Positions 1-12,932 of a stretch of 64,000 bases of DNA are shown piece by piece (position 1 is the first letter of the stretch; each line of letters opens with the position of its first letter). This DNA comes from Octopus sinensis (Eukaryota): assembly GCF_006345805.1 (NCBI RefSeq), contig NC_043008.1, positions 36,642,001-36,706,000 on the forward strand. Direction: 5' to 3'. A program made the position numbers and the translations under genes. The notes below the pieces were generated by a model that was not told the origin of the DNA, ran no database searches, and saw only the letters and a program-made list of their open reading frames with translations.

Positions 1-515
1 AGTAGGGGTTAGGGTGGTTGTAGTAGTAATATTGGTTGGGCTGAGTCCCATAATCTTCTTAATCACTGCAGATTTTGTTGTAGTGTAGGGTAACTTGGAA
101 AAATCCGCCTGGTGGAGCACACTCATCCCTAAGCTGTTCTAACCTCAAAAGGATAAGGCAACAAGGGAACCTCCTTTGAGTCACTCAACTTGCTAGAAAT
201 AGCAGTGAAGTAGCTCTCACGTCTCAGTTTACTTTTAAAAAATATATATAAGGATTCATTAGATAATATGGTACTACATAGAAAAAGCAAACAGGAAATT
301 AATGGTGATGATGATATGCGGAAAATAATGATAAGAGGGTCATAGTTTAAGTACTTTTGATCATAAATCTACTAAATTACATTTAAATGATTTTTGTTCC
401 TTCTCAAGCCATGCCTGACTCATAAGGGCCAGTTTCCCGGTTTCCTTGGCCATATTGTCTTGGGGACCAAATGTAATAGAGTATGCACTGTTAATCTCTT
501 ACCTTGTTATCAATA

Positions 516-928
516 GGCGTAGGAGTGGCTGTGTGTTAAGTAGCTTGCTTACCAACCACATGGTTTTGGGTTCAGTCCCACTGCATGGCACTTTGGGCAA
601 GTGTCTTCTACTATCGCCTCAGGCCGACCAAAGCCTTGTGAGTGGATTTGGTAGACAGAAACTGAAAGAAGCCTGTCGTATATATGTATATATATATGTA
701 TGTGTGTGTGTATATGTTTGTGTGTCTGTGTTTGTCCCCCCAACATCGCTTGACAACCGATGCTGGTGTGCTTACGTCCCTGTAACTTAGCGGTTCGGCA
801 AAAGAGACTGACAGAATAAGTACTAGGCTTACAGAGAATAAGTCCTGGGGTCGATTTGCTCAACTAAAGGTGGTGCTCCAGCATGGCCACTGTCAAATGA
901 CTGAAACAAGTAAAAGAGTAAAGAGTAA
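516..928 (+). mobile_element. tRNA-derived SINE, family A (full length)
   Basis: Pol III A box (TGGCTGTGTG) and B box (GGTTCAGTCC), CORE-like CTTTGGGCAAGTG, internal (TA)/(TG) run, (GTAAAAGA)n tail. More than 15 related copies or fragments in the window. Confidence 0.88.
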
Positions 929-1194
929 TTATCCAATCCAAGTAAATCAGTCATACTCTTATTTAAAAAAAAAAAATCCAACCCTCTCCAACCCCTATTA
1001 ATAATAATTTACTTTCCTCCAAAAAACAGTAAATAAAGTGGGTGAGGTTAGATAAAGCATCCAGACTAAAACATTAAGCAATATAACTAAATGCAATTCA
1101 GCCAAATGATTTGTCTTTGATCTTGAATGACTTTGTCTCTGGTGATTCTCATTTTGCCAACTCTAGAAGGATAAAAGCATCCATTACACTCCAA

Positions 1195-3050
1195 GAGTGT
1201 AATGGGTGCTTTTATATGCCATCAGCATGGGTACCATTAGCATGACAATGATATCTGTCATGACTGTGATTTTGCTCAGCTTGATGGGCCTTCTTCTCAA
1301 TCGTGACATAATGCCAAAGGTCTCAGTCATTTCCTCTGTGAGGCCCAACACTCAAAAGGAATTCGGCCAATTTGCCTCCGGGAGGCTCAACATTTGACAG
1401 GAACTCGGCCACTTTGCCTCTGTGAGGCCCAGCACTTGAAAGGAACTTGGCCAATTTGCCTCTGGGAGGCCCAATGCTTGAAAGGAACTTGGCCACTTTG
1501 TATCCATGAGGCCCAATGCTTGAAAGGAACTTGGCTACTTTGCCTCTGTGAGGCCCAACATTTGAAAGGAACTTGGCCACTTTGTATCCATGAGGTCCAA
1601 TGCTCAAAAGGAACTCAGCTACTTTTGCCTTGGTGAGGCCCAGCACTTGAAAGGAACTAGGCCAATTTGCCTCTGGGAGGCCCAACGCTTGAAAGGAACT
1701 TGGCCACTTTGTATCCATGAGGTCCAATGCTCAAAAGGAACTCAGCTACTTTTGCCTTGGTGAGGCCCAGCACTTGAAAGGAACTAGGCCAATTTGCCTC
1801 TGGGAGGCCCAACGCTTGAAAGGAACTTGGCCACTTTGTATCCATGAGGCCCAATGCTTGAAAGGAACTTGGCTACTTTGCCTCTGTGAGGCTCAACACT
1901 TGAAAGGAACTTGGCCACTTTGTATCCATGAGGCCCAATGCTCAAAAGGAACTCAGCTACTTTTGCCTTGGTGAGGCCCAGCACTTGAAAGGAACTAGGC
2001 CAATTTGCCTCTGGGAGGCCCAACGCTTGAAAGGAACTTGGCCACTTTGTATCCATGAGGCCCAATGCTTGAAAGGAACTTGGCCACTTTGCCTCTGTGG
2101 ACCAATACTCAAAAGGAACTCAGCCACTTTTGCCTTGGTGAGGCCCAATGCTTGAAAGGAAATCAGTCACTTTGGCTGTGTGAGGCCCAATGCTCCAACG
2201 ATGCTCATTACATGTCACTGGCATGGGTGCCACTTACATGACACCAACTTCAGCCATGATTATAATTTCACTTGGCTTGACAGGTTTTCTCAAGCACATA
2301 ATATCACCAAAGGTTTTGGTCACTAGTTATTGTCTCTGTGAAGCTTAAAGTTTGAAAATCATGCTTCACCACTTCGTCCCATGTCTGCCTCTATCCCAGG
2401 TTCTCTCCACAATTAGAGATCAGTACTTTACACAGCTGTCCTTGTCCATACACATCACATTATCATACCAATGCAGTTGTCTCTCTTGCACACCACATCT
2501 GATGCCTCTTATGCCTAACTTTTCTCTCAAGATGCTTACACTCTGTCACACATGCACACTGACATTGCATATCCAGCGAAAGCATACTGGCTTCATTTCT
2601 TTCAAGCCTATGCATGTCCTCAGCTGTCACAGCTCATGTTTCACTGCCATGTAGCATGGCTGTTTGCACACAGGCAGCATACAATCTGCATTTCACTCTG
2701 AAATAGAGGCCCTTTGTTGCCAGCTGAGGTAGGAGCTCTCTTGAACTTTGCCCAGCCTATTCTTATTCTCACATATACACTCTCAAAGCACCACCATCCA
2801 CTACTAACTTGATCACCTATATAACAGAAGCTATCTACTCCCTTTAGCTTGCCCTCCTGACAGTTGATAGAGTCTATTTTCTGCACATTTTCAGTGTTTA
2901 TTGTCCCTGTGCATCTGCCATGCACAAAAACTATTTTCCCAGTGAACCTTCTTTTGATATTGCTGCACCTTTTTGTTGTCCAAAGCTGACACTGGGTACA
3001 TCTTAATGGAGTTTCTACCTATGCCTTTTTTACAGATCGAGCAGGGCCAT
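1195..3050 (-). mobile_element. Decayed, 5'-truncated RTE-clade LINE: ORF C-terminus plus 3' UTR, with internal minisatellite
   Basis: Minus strand encodes, with frameshifts and stops, WPCSICKKGIGRNSI-RCTQCQLW..KRC..GRC (PHD-like Cys cluster), VDSFCYIGDQVSS..RIRIGWAKF, LHGSET*AVTAEDMHRLERNEASM and TWDEVVKHDFQTLSFTE, typical of the RTE post-RT region. Confidence 0.85.
1330..2195. repeat. ~42-bp minisatellite (~20 units) with 127-bp and 211-bp higher-order periods
   Basis: Unit approx. GAGGCCCAATGCTTGAAAGGAACTTGGCCACTTTGCCTCTGT. Near-identical ORFs recur at offsets of 127 and 211 nt. Confidence 0.95.
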
Positions 3051-3139
3051 ATTGTTTATTCTTGTTCATCAAACTTGGTTCAAATCGTGTGTGCAGAAAT
3101 TAACCCAAAATAATCTACTGACAAAAATTATTTCTATTT

Positions 3140-3320
3140 TGGCACAAGGCCAGCAATTTTAAAGGGCAGGACAAGTCTTGATACTCTATTTATTGACCCT
3201 GAAAGGTTGAAAGGCAAAGTTGACCTTCGTGGGATTTGAACTCAGAACACAAGGCATCAAAATATAAGCTACTAAGCAGTTTATCTGATGTGCTAATGAT
3301 TCTGCCAGTCCCTCACCTTA
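3140..3320 (-). mobile_element. SINE family C (Meta-domain-like), degenerate
   Basis: Reverse complement of the GGTCAACTTTGCCTTTCA.CCTTTC.GGGTC.ATAAA core shared with 56269-56501. Confidence 0.7.
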
Positions 3321-3414
3321 ATTGACTGACAATAATTATATGTAACAAATATTATTTCTTACGAATTTCTAATCTCAGATTTAATTCTGAGAGTGACAAG
3401 GAAGTCTCGGTTCA

Positions 3415-4904
<1,490 letters not shown>

Positions 4905-5032
4905 ATGTATGTAAATATAGGTAAATCATAATCAGTTGGAATTTTTTAACCAGTACTCTTGTATATTTCTGATATCCTGTTCTACTCTGCTGTTGCTATC
5001 ATAATTTACAAGTGCTGTTTTATTGTTTCCAG

Positions 5033-5093
5033 GAGAAATTCTATGGTCGAGAAGTTATGCTTGCTGACCGAGAATCAGTGGAAGAATATTCTG
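5033..5093 (+). CDS. DPH5: DPH5 internal exon (61 nt): EKFYGREVMLADRESVEEYS
   Basis: Acceptor ttgtttccAG, donor GTaagt. Translation matches the DPH5 segment EEFYGRKLVVADREEVE. Phase is compatible with the next exon. Confidence 0.92.
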
Positions 5094-5850
5094 GTAAGTT
5101 TGTGTTGATTTTAACAAATATTTGCTATTCTTGTTGTTGTTGTTTAGTGCTAGACTCGGTCACCCATGACCCTATTGACCTATAATCATTGGAATCATGA
5201 CCATTCCGTTTTATTTGGCTGCAAAGTTGCAGGCTATGCTCAGGCTGAGAGGCTCAGAAATTTGCTTAACAGTTAACTGAAATGAAGGCAGTGTTTTTCT
5301 ATAGAAATATGATAAAACAAATGTTAATACGAAACGCTGTTAATTTACATAAAGTGATAATAATCACTTTATGTAATGATAATAATCACTTCGATGTCTT
5401 AAACATTGACTGTTTATTGTGAAAGGGTCACCAGATCCTGTACATAGCAGAATGCTTATATTTTCAAAGGGATTTACTACAAATTCATTGAACTTGTGAC
5501 ATAGGTTGTTGTTATTGTTAAGCTGCAGCTGAGCTCTGATTTACTGAACAAACCTATAATCAAGGAGTCTCCACTCATGATCATCCCATCCCATACCATT
5601 TTAGACACGTTGTATCCATGACTACATTAAACATTGTGTCCTGTTCCTTTGAAGGTGATTTGGTTGCTAATTTTAGCAAGTACATAATGACTCCTCATTG
5701 ACATGTAACTCAGGTATAGCGCACCTGAATAAACTTGAAGAACACTTTAAGTTGCAATAGACTAGTTGTCTATCTCACATTCTCATTGACTTCCTTTTTA
5801 GGACATGTAAATTCTCACAGCATGACTAACTGCATTTACAGTCATTGATA

Positions 5851-6245
5851 GGTACAGGTGTGGCTGTGTGGTAAGAAGCATGCTTCTCAAGCACATGGTT
5901 CCGTGTTCAGTCCCACCTTGGGGAAGTGTCTTCTACTATAGCCCAAGGCTGACCAAATTCTTGTGAGTGGATTTAGTGGATGGAAATTGAAAGAAGCTCG
6001 TTGTATATATATATATACATGTGTGTATGTGTGTGTGTTTGGCCCCCACCACTGCTTGACAACCAGTGTTAGTGTGTTTATGTCCCTGTGATTTAGCAGT
6101 TTGGCAAAAACAGACCAATGGAATAAGTACCAAACTTTAAAAAAATAAGTACTGATTGTGATTTTTTTGACTAAAAATTTTCAAGGTTGTGCCCCAACAT
6201 GGCCACAGTCTAATGACTGAAACAAGTTAGACATAAAAGAAAGAT
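5851..6245 (+). mobile_element. SINE family A, older diverged copy
   Basis: Colinear with 516-928 with many substitutions. Confidence 0.8.
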
Positions 6246-6319
6246 AAAGTTAATAAGTTTCCATCACATCTTGTAGAATGTCAAGTATAATTACACAAAG
6301 TAATTTTTATTTTTTTCAG

Positions 6320-6383
6320 ATATTCTATTCCAAAATGCCTATACAGAAGACATTGCATTCCTTGTTGTTGGAGATCCTTTTGG
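6320..6383 (+). CDS. DPH5: DPH5 internal exon (64 nt): DILFQNAYTEDIAFLVVGDPFG
   Basis: Acceptor ttttttcAG, donor GTgagt. Contains the conserved AFLVVGDPFG SAM-binding motif of diphthine synthase. Confidence 0.96.
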
Positions 6384-6462
6384 GTGAGTAAAGTTAACAG
6401 ATTATAATATATATGTGTGTGTGTGTGTACGTATATATGTGTAGTGTGTATATATATAAGTA

Positions 6463-7301
6463 TATGGTCTGATCAATAGGTATCCAGACTGTTGGCCTAG
6501 TAACGAAGCTAGAGTACACCAAGTAAATCTGTTTGATCTTGAACTCTGCTGTTTACAGCAATGCTTGGAAGGAATGTGTGTAGTGTGTGATCATCACATT
6601 GACCATGACAGAGAAAGTTGAACTGAGAATCTGCATCAAATTTTGCCAAAACTTGGCAATACCTGCTCAGAGGCCTAAGCAAAGTTTTCAAAAAGTTTCC
6701 ATTGTTCTTGACACAATTAAGATGGTCTTGTGCAACTGAAACCTGAGTGTCTTTTTGGTCAGCTGAAAGCAGTTTTGGTACAAACTTGGCAGTCACACAT
6801 CTCATACCGAAATCTTCAGTGATAATGGACTGAACTGAACTGTAACTAATCTGCACATCCTCTGATAACTCACAGATGGTGATTTGACGATTTCCCCTCA
6901 CAGCTGCATGCACATCAGTGATCTTTTTCTCAGTTCTGCTGGTTGTGAGTCTGCCAGAACATTCATCAATATTGACATTTTTTCAGTCACTTGGAAACAT
7001 CTGAGCCACTCGTACATTTATTGTGGCTCATGCACTTGTCTCCATACACTTTCTGTAACTTTGTGTTGGCCTCTGAGCAGGTATCTCCATGACAACTTTC
7101 TCTGTCGTGGCCAGTGCAATAATCACATGCTACTCACTTTCCTTCCAAGCACTGCTGTAACAGCAGAAGTGAGCTAGAATATTAAAACTTAGTGAATATG
7201 CACAGTAAAGTTCAAGGTCACTCTTTGCTAAGCAGCTTCTCTTTACATGCCTTAGCTTTGTTACTATGGCAAGTCTGGATGCTTATTGATCAGACCTCAT
7301 A
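6463..7301 (-). mobile_element. Non-autonomous mariner element made of two head-to-head 5' ends
   Basis: TIRs (TA)..GGTCTGATCAATA(A/G)G.ATCCAGACT.. at both ends. Minus-strand transposase fragment GNRQITICELSEDVQISYSSVQSIITEDFGMRCVTAKFVPKLL. Plus-strand N-terminus MTEKVELRICIKFCQNLGNTCSEA at 6606-6677. Confidence 0.85.
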
Positions 7302-8392
7302 TATATCTATGTGTATATATATATATATACACATAAATATATATGAGGTCTGATCAATAAGCATATATATATATGCATGTGTGTATATGTATACATGGGG
7401 ATACTGAAAACTTCCTGGATTTAAGGATATCACAAAAGGCCTGATTGGAGGCCCAACTTTCTGAGTTTTGTGGCTGTGTTGTTAGAAGCTTGCTTCCCAA
7501 CCATGTGGTCGTAAGTTCATTCTTACTGAATGGCACTAGAATATATACATATTTTAGTATTTTTGTAATCCTCTTTTCCATGCTGGTATGGGTTGAATGA
7601 GTTGTTACAGTCTGAGTCAGTTTTTATTTGTAGATACTGCTCTCCCAGATGTGTTGGACGACCATATCTCACTTGTGTACTTCACTTCAGCTTGTTGTCT
7701 TTAGCCAGACACTCTTCATAAGCACTTTATAGAGTGCATTTTTTTATGACCCCAGCACTAGTGTCTCCATGACTTTGGCAAGACTAACAAGTGATCTTAA
7801 CCCTATTTTGAGTGTTTGTTTGTCAACTATTTTGCTGTGTGTGGTGGGTGTATTTTATTGTAGCACCAGCCCTAAGAGAGTTGTTTTGTCTCATGCAAGA
7901 TTTGAAAGTCCTCACAGTGTGACTAAGAAGGAGAATAGAAGAAAGACTATGTGTATGAGTGTGGTGGTTGAGACAGAGCATAAGTGTAGGAAGAGAGGGG
8001 CAATGGGAGAGAGATGGTGATGGGCAGGTACGTGTTGTAGGGAGAAAGTTTGATAAAAAGTAGAGTGATGTATGTGGGGGAAGAATGACGCAAGTCAAGA
8101 ATATGTAAAATGATTAATTTTTCTCAAAAAGTGACAAGAGATGGAGTAATGTGAGAGAAAGAGTGAAGAGCTGAAGGATAGTTATAAAGGTGGGTGACAA
8201 AGAGAGTGATGGGTTTCAATGAAGGAGGACAAAAGTGAGTGAGAAGAGTGATGATTATCCAACCCTTGTAACCCAGAAATCATGATGGAAGAGAGGTAGA
8301 GTAATATAGATTCATGCTGGGGTGGATTGAACATGGAAAAGCCAGTGCCATTGCATATATGTATATAATATATATATATATATATATATACA

Positions 8393-8508
8393 CCGGAGTA
8401 AACACATAAATGTGAAACAGGTGGAAAAAAGAGTACTCAAATACCAGTGGTAGAGTAATATGCTTTATTTAAAGCAGCAGAAAATTCAACAAAACCTGTT
8501 ACTCTGAG
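8393..8508 (-). mobile_element. Truncated copy of the hammerhead-bearing element at 54191-54345, inserted in (TA)n
   Basis: Nearly identical to 54191-54307. TA runs on both sides. Confidence 0.8.
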
Positions 8509-8544
<36 letters not shown>

Positions 8545-8561
8545 TTATATATATATATATC

Positions 8562-8765
8562 AGTACCACCTGACTGGCCCACATACTGGTGGCACGTAAA
8601 AGCACCCACTACACTTTCGGAGTGGTTGGCATTAGGAAGGGCATCCAACTGTAGAAACTCTGCCAGATCAGATAGGAGCCTGGTGCAGCCATCTGGCTCA
8701 CCAGTCATCAGTCAAACCGTCTAACCCATGCCAGCATGAAAAGTGGGCGTTGAATGATGATGATG
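8562..8765 (+). mobile_element. RTE LINE 3'-UTR tail copy ending in (GAT)n
   Basis: AAAAGCACCCACTACACT..GGTTGGCATTAGGAAGGGCATCCA..AACCCATGCCAGCATG..(GAT)n. A further fragment lies at ~9036-9185. Confidence 0.8.
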
Positions 8766-9246
8766 ATATATATGTATATGTGTATATATATATATATATG
8801 TGTGTGTGTGTATGTAATATATCATCATCATCATCATGACAAACATTGTGCTTACATAGTGTGTGTGTGCATAAGTGTGAGGTTTACATTTTTAAGAAAA
8901 AATGGGATTAGTGATCCAGGGAGCTGCATCTGCAACACACATTTGCTTACTTGTTCATGCCATTTCTTTTCTTTTATATTGTTAATATCCAATTTTTACC
9001 TTCAAAAAGAAATAATGGAGCTGCTGGTGGGTGCTCAGAGTGGTTGGCATTAGGAAGGGCATCCAGCTGTAGGAACATTGTGAGATCAGATTTGAGCCTG
9101 GTGCAGCTGCTGGGTTTCCAGACCTCAGTCAAACCATCCAACCCATGCCAACATGGAAAATGGACGTTAAACGATAAGGATTATGACAGTGATGATTCTG
9201 GGCTTGTAAAGAAAGCAAGGGTCAAAATAGAGATGCTTATGCATAC

Positions 9247-9416
9247 ATGTGCAACAGTTGTTATGTATGTATGTATGTATGTATGTATGTACGTACGTAC
9301 ATATGTATGTGCAACAGTTGTTATGTATGTATGTATGTATGTATGTATGTACGTACGTACATATGTATGTGCAACAGTTGTTATGTATGTATGTATGTAT
9401 GTATGTACGTACGTAC

Positions 9417-9447
<31 letters not shown>

Positions 9448-9484
9448 TGTATGTATGTATGTATGTATGTATGTACGTACGTAC

Positions 9485-9515
<31 letters not shown>

Positions 9516-9571
9516 TGTATGTATGTATGTATGTACGTACGTACATATGTATGTATGTATGTATGTATGTA

Positions 9572-9608
<37 letters not shown>

Positions 9609-9629
9609 ATGTATGTATGTATGTATGTA

Positions 9630-9661
<32 letters not shown>

Positions 9662-9782
9662 CATATATGTGTATGTATATGTATATATGTGTGTATGTGT
9701 GTGTGTGTATGTATGTGTGTGTATGTATATATATGTGTGTATGTGTGTGTTTGTGTGTGCACGTGTGCACATATGTATGTAT
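9247..9782. repeat. (TATG)n/(TG)n compound microsatellite with a 60-bp period at its start
   Basis: ATGTGCAACAGTTGTT(ATGT)n recurs at 60-bp spacing three times. Confidence 0.95.
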
Positions 9783-10042
9783 ATTTTCATTGAAACATGT
9801 GAACAAGTGGCTGTGTATTTGCATATGTGACCAAGTATATCTTATCTTAGCCATTGTTTGCCAAAAACTTCCATTTTCTGTGTGTCTTGTACTTTGTGAT
9901 ATCATCTCTCTGTGTCTCTATATTTAGAGAGAGAGAGAGAGAGAGAGAGAGGGTATCACATTATGCATATTATTGTTCCTTTGTGGCGTTGGTGTTGGTG
10001 GTGATGATAATGATGATGGTGATGATATTATTTCTGTCTCAG

Positions 10043-10151
10043 CGCAACGACCCATGCTGACCTGATGTTAAGGGCCAGAGAAGAAGGGATTCCAACTCGC
10101 GTTATCCACAATGCCTCTATAATGAATGCTGTCGGTTGTTGTGGTCTGCAG
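10043..10151 (+). CDS. DPH5: DPH5 internal exon (109 nt): ATTHADLMLRAREEGIPTRVIHNASIMNAVGCCGLQ
   Basis: Acceptor ctgtctcAG, donor GTaagt. ATTH and IHNASIMNAVGCCGLQ are hallmark DPH5 motifs. Confidence 0.97.
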
Positions 10152-11097
10152 GTAAGTCACCTTGGACACTCCTCTCTATTGGTCAAGTTTTGTAAATTGT
10201 TGTTATTGTGGTGAAATTGATATAAACATACAGACACACACACACACACGAATGCACACACATGTCTGTTTGTATTTGTCGATTTAAATATAAAGTTTTC
10301 CAAGTTTGATCTGTTTGTGCGGCATCTTGAACAAGTGGTAGCTTTTACTGTTGCTTCGTGTTGTGAGTGAAATTTGGTCGATAGAAACTGCAGAAAACCA
10401 TTAGTAAACACACAGACACACACACGTTTGAAAGGGTTAAATGAAAATGCTCACACACTAGAAAAAAAACTTCTTCCCCCCAAAATGTTAGTGACATCCT
10501 GATAAAAGATTTCGTAACATGTTTTTAAAAAATAATTTTTATTTTAAATCACCTTTACTCCTCAGAATGTATTAAGTCATTCTCATAGACTTTCAAATAT
10601 ATATTTGAAAAATTTGAAAAATCCACCAGAATGGATGAAAGCGCTAATATACGATATATGATTTAAGTTATATGATGTTTAAAAACATGTAATATATAAA
10701 TAAATATCTGTAAATATAAAACCATCCGAATTTCTGAGTATCTCATTTCTTATATATATATATATATATATATATATACAAAATGGTGTACATTTAAACA
10801 CAAGAGAAACTACCTATAACAGGTAATTTTACATGCTAGAAGAAGTAGCCAAAACGACCAAAACCACATTTAAGAGCAATTTTCAAAGGGAATGAAAAAT
10901 TAAAACTTTTACCTTGTTATTTTTTTACAGTTATACCTAGATTTTGAATTATTTTAGCAAATAAAATAATTTACTAGGTGAAATTCTCATCAGTAACTGT
11001 GCCATAACATTAACATATAATTTAGAAACAAAATAACACGTGTCTCATCATTATATGTTATAATTTTTCAAATTCACTGTGTATATATATATATAAA

Positions 11098-11294
11098 CTT
11101 TATTTGTGGATTAACAATATTATGAATGGTCTCATGTGGAAAGAATTTTCACAATCTGTAAGTGATTCTCTTAAAAATGGAGGCATCTTATCCAAAATAA
11201 GAAGATTACTGGCATTTTTAAATGGATCACTTGAAGATTGTGAAAGTTCTTTCCATATGAAACCACTGGAAGCATTGCTAATCCACAAATAAAG
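11098..11294. mobile_element. ~200-bp palindromic (hairpin) MITE-like element
   Basis: CTTTATTTGTGGATTA...TAATCCACAAATAAAG. The whole element is an imperfect palindrome, so the ORFs on both strands resemble each other. Confidence 0.75.
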
Positions 11295-11349
11295 AATATT
11301 TTTATCCACCAAATGTAATGTTGATCACTCATTCTCCCTGTTCAGTACT

Positions 11350-11820
11350 ATCAGAAAGAAGATTTGAGCGATACCGAATTATATACATTTGGAAAATGAT
11401 AGAGCAGAAGGTGCCAAACTTTGGTATCAAAACCTACCACTCACTGCGCCACGGAAGACGCTGCCAGCTGCCACCAATCAACAAAAAGGCTGGCCAGGCA
11501 GCAAAAACCCTGCGAGAATCAAGTCTGTTGGTTCGAGGAGCACAACTGTTCAACTCCATTCCGGTACATGTCAGAAATCTATCAGGATGCAGTGTGGAAT
11601 CATTCAAATTGCAACTGGATAGATACTTAAGCACCATTAGAGATGAACCCCATCTCCCAGGATATACACAACGAGCACAAACTGACTCAAACTCGCTCCT
11701 ACACATGTCAAATTTAAGCAGAGAATACAACCTGGCAACCACACCAGACTCTGAGGGTGGAGTCTTCGACTTGGCCTGAGCATGGACTCAAACCCAAATG
11801 AAATGAAATGAAATGAAATC
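11350..11820 (+). mobile_element. CR1-group LINE 3' end (ORF2 C-terminus open to its stop) with (GAAAT)n tail
   Basis: ERRFERYRIIYIWKMI..RHGR..SLLVRGAQLFNSIPVHVRN..SVESFKLQLDRYL, then a pentamer tail. Confidence 0.88.
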
Positions 11821-12509
11821 ATACACACACACACTTATACACAGTAAATCTGCATGTAACAACTGGTGGTATCTAATACTGGAGAAGACCTCATAATCTG
11901 GGCAAGCATGATGAAACAGATGTTGAAATGGGGTTGTGGGGAGTGACTGAGACCAAAATGGATGAGTTATATCTACATCTGGACCATCAGTTGCTCTCTC
12001 TCACTCACACTTTCACTATCTCCCTCACTCTCTCTCTCTCTCTCTTTCTCACTAGCAAATATGTACTTACCATTAATGTTTCCCTTCCATTACATCTGAG
12101 CATTACTGACTTTCTTCTATTTATCACTCTCACTCCCTCCTCTATTCACTTTATTTATCACATTACTCTGAATGAACAAATACATTGTAGAGAAGAGAGG
12201 ACTCATTTGTGCTGCAGAGTACAAAGAAACCTCTCTAGTGCTGGTGCTATGATAAAATGCACCAAAACATTGTGTAAAGCGGCTGATGTTAACGAAGGCA
12301 TTCAGTTATAGAAACCATAACTAGCATAGAATGCATGTGTGAGATGTGGTCCTCTGAATTGTCTAGGAGGGAAGCAAGTTCTTATTCAAAGAACTAAACT
12401 CAGCCTGTGGTGAATTGTCCAACCTATTCCGACATCAAAAATGGATGTAAAATCTTGGTGGTAGTGGCAGTGATAATGCTGAAAATGATGATATATATTC
12501 ATGCAGAGA

Positions 12510-12690
12510 AATACAAATTAATTCACTGGCAAGACTTTATTGTCATCTCCTTCATTCTAAATGTATTCAACATGACATGCATCAAAGAGAAGATCCTTAA
12601 GGCTCAACTCAGATGAACAGGCTGTGTGACCATTATGGATGAGTCGATGCTACTGCAACACTATTCTGCAGAGAACTCTGAGAACTAATA
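12510..12690 (+). mobile_element. Decayed RTE (BovB-like) LINE fragment; related C-terminal fragment at ~13340-13735
   Basis: IHWQDFI..CIKEKILKAQLR*TGCVTIMDES resembles IRWQDRI..KAQLRWAGHVIRMDES. Second piece reads LRPNLKWAKLQPYELETMAVGRYDW. Confidence 0.55.
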
Positions 12691-12932
12691 CCTGTACCCC
12701 TTCTTTGGGTGACTTCTATTGCTTGGAGAAGAAATACAGATTCATCACCAATTTTCTGGCACCTGATGATCTAGCACCTTCTTTAACCTGGATACATTAA
12801 AAGGAGGAAATTGAAATTCCTGTAATTCATTACTCAACCACTAGGTGGTGTTCTGTGTACTGTGTGTTTATCTGGATTATTTACGGAGAGTAGAAGTGAT
12901 GGCATTAGATGTAAATAGCAATCCATATTTAT

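Noticed and set aside
1-20. Telomeric repeat (GGGTTAGGG)
   Set aside because: Single unit, not an array.
446-863. Recurrent ORFs such as ...HAVGLNPEPCGW and ...NHMVLGSVPL
   Set aside because: Chance translations of SINE family A, repeated at every copy.
1323-2155. Repetitive ORFs on both strands
   Set aside because: Translations of the 42-bp minisatellite with frame-breaking unit lengths. No splice or homology support.
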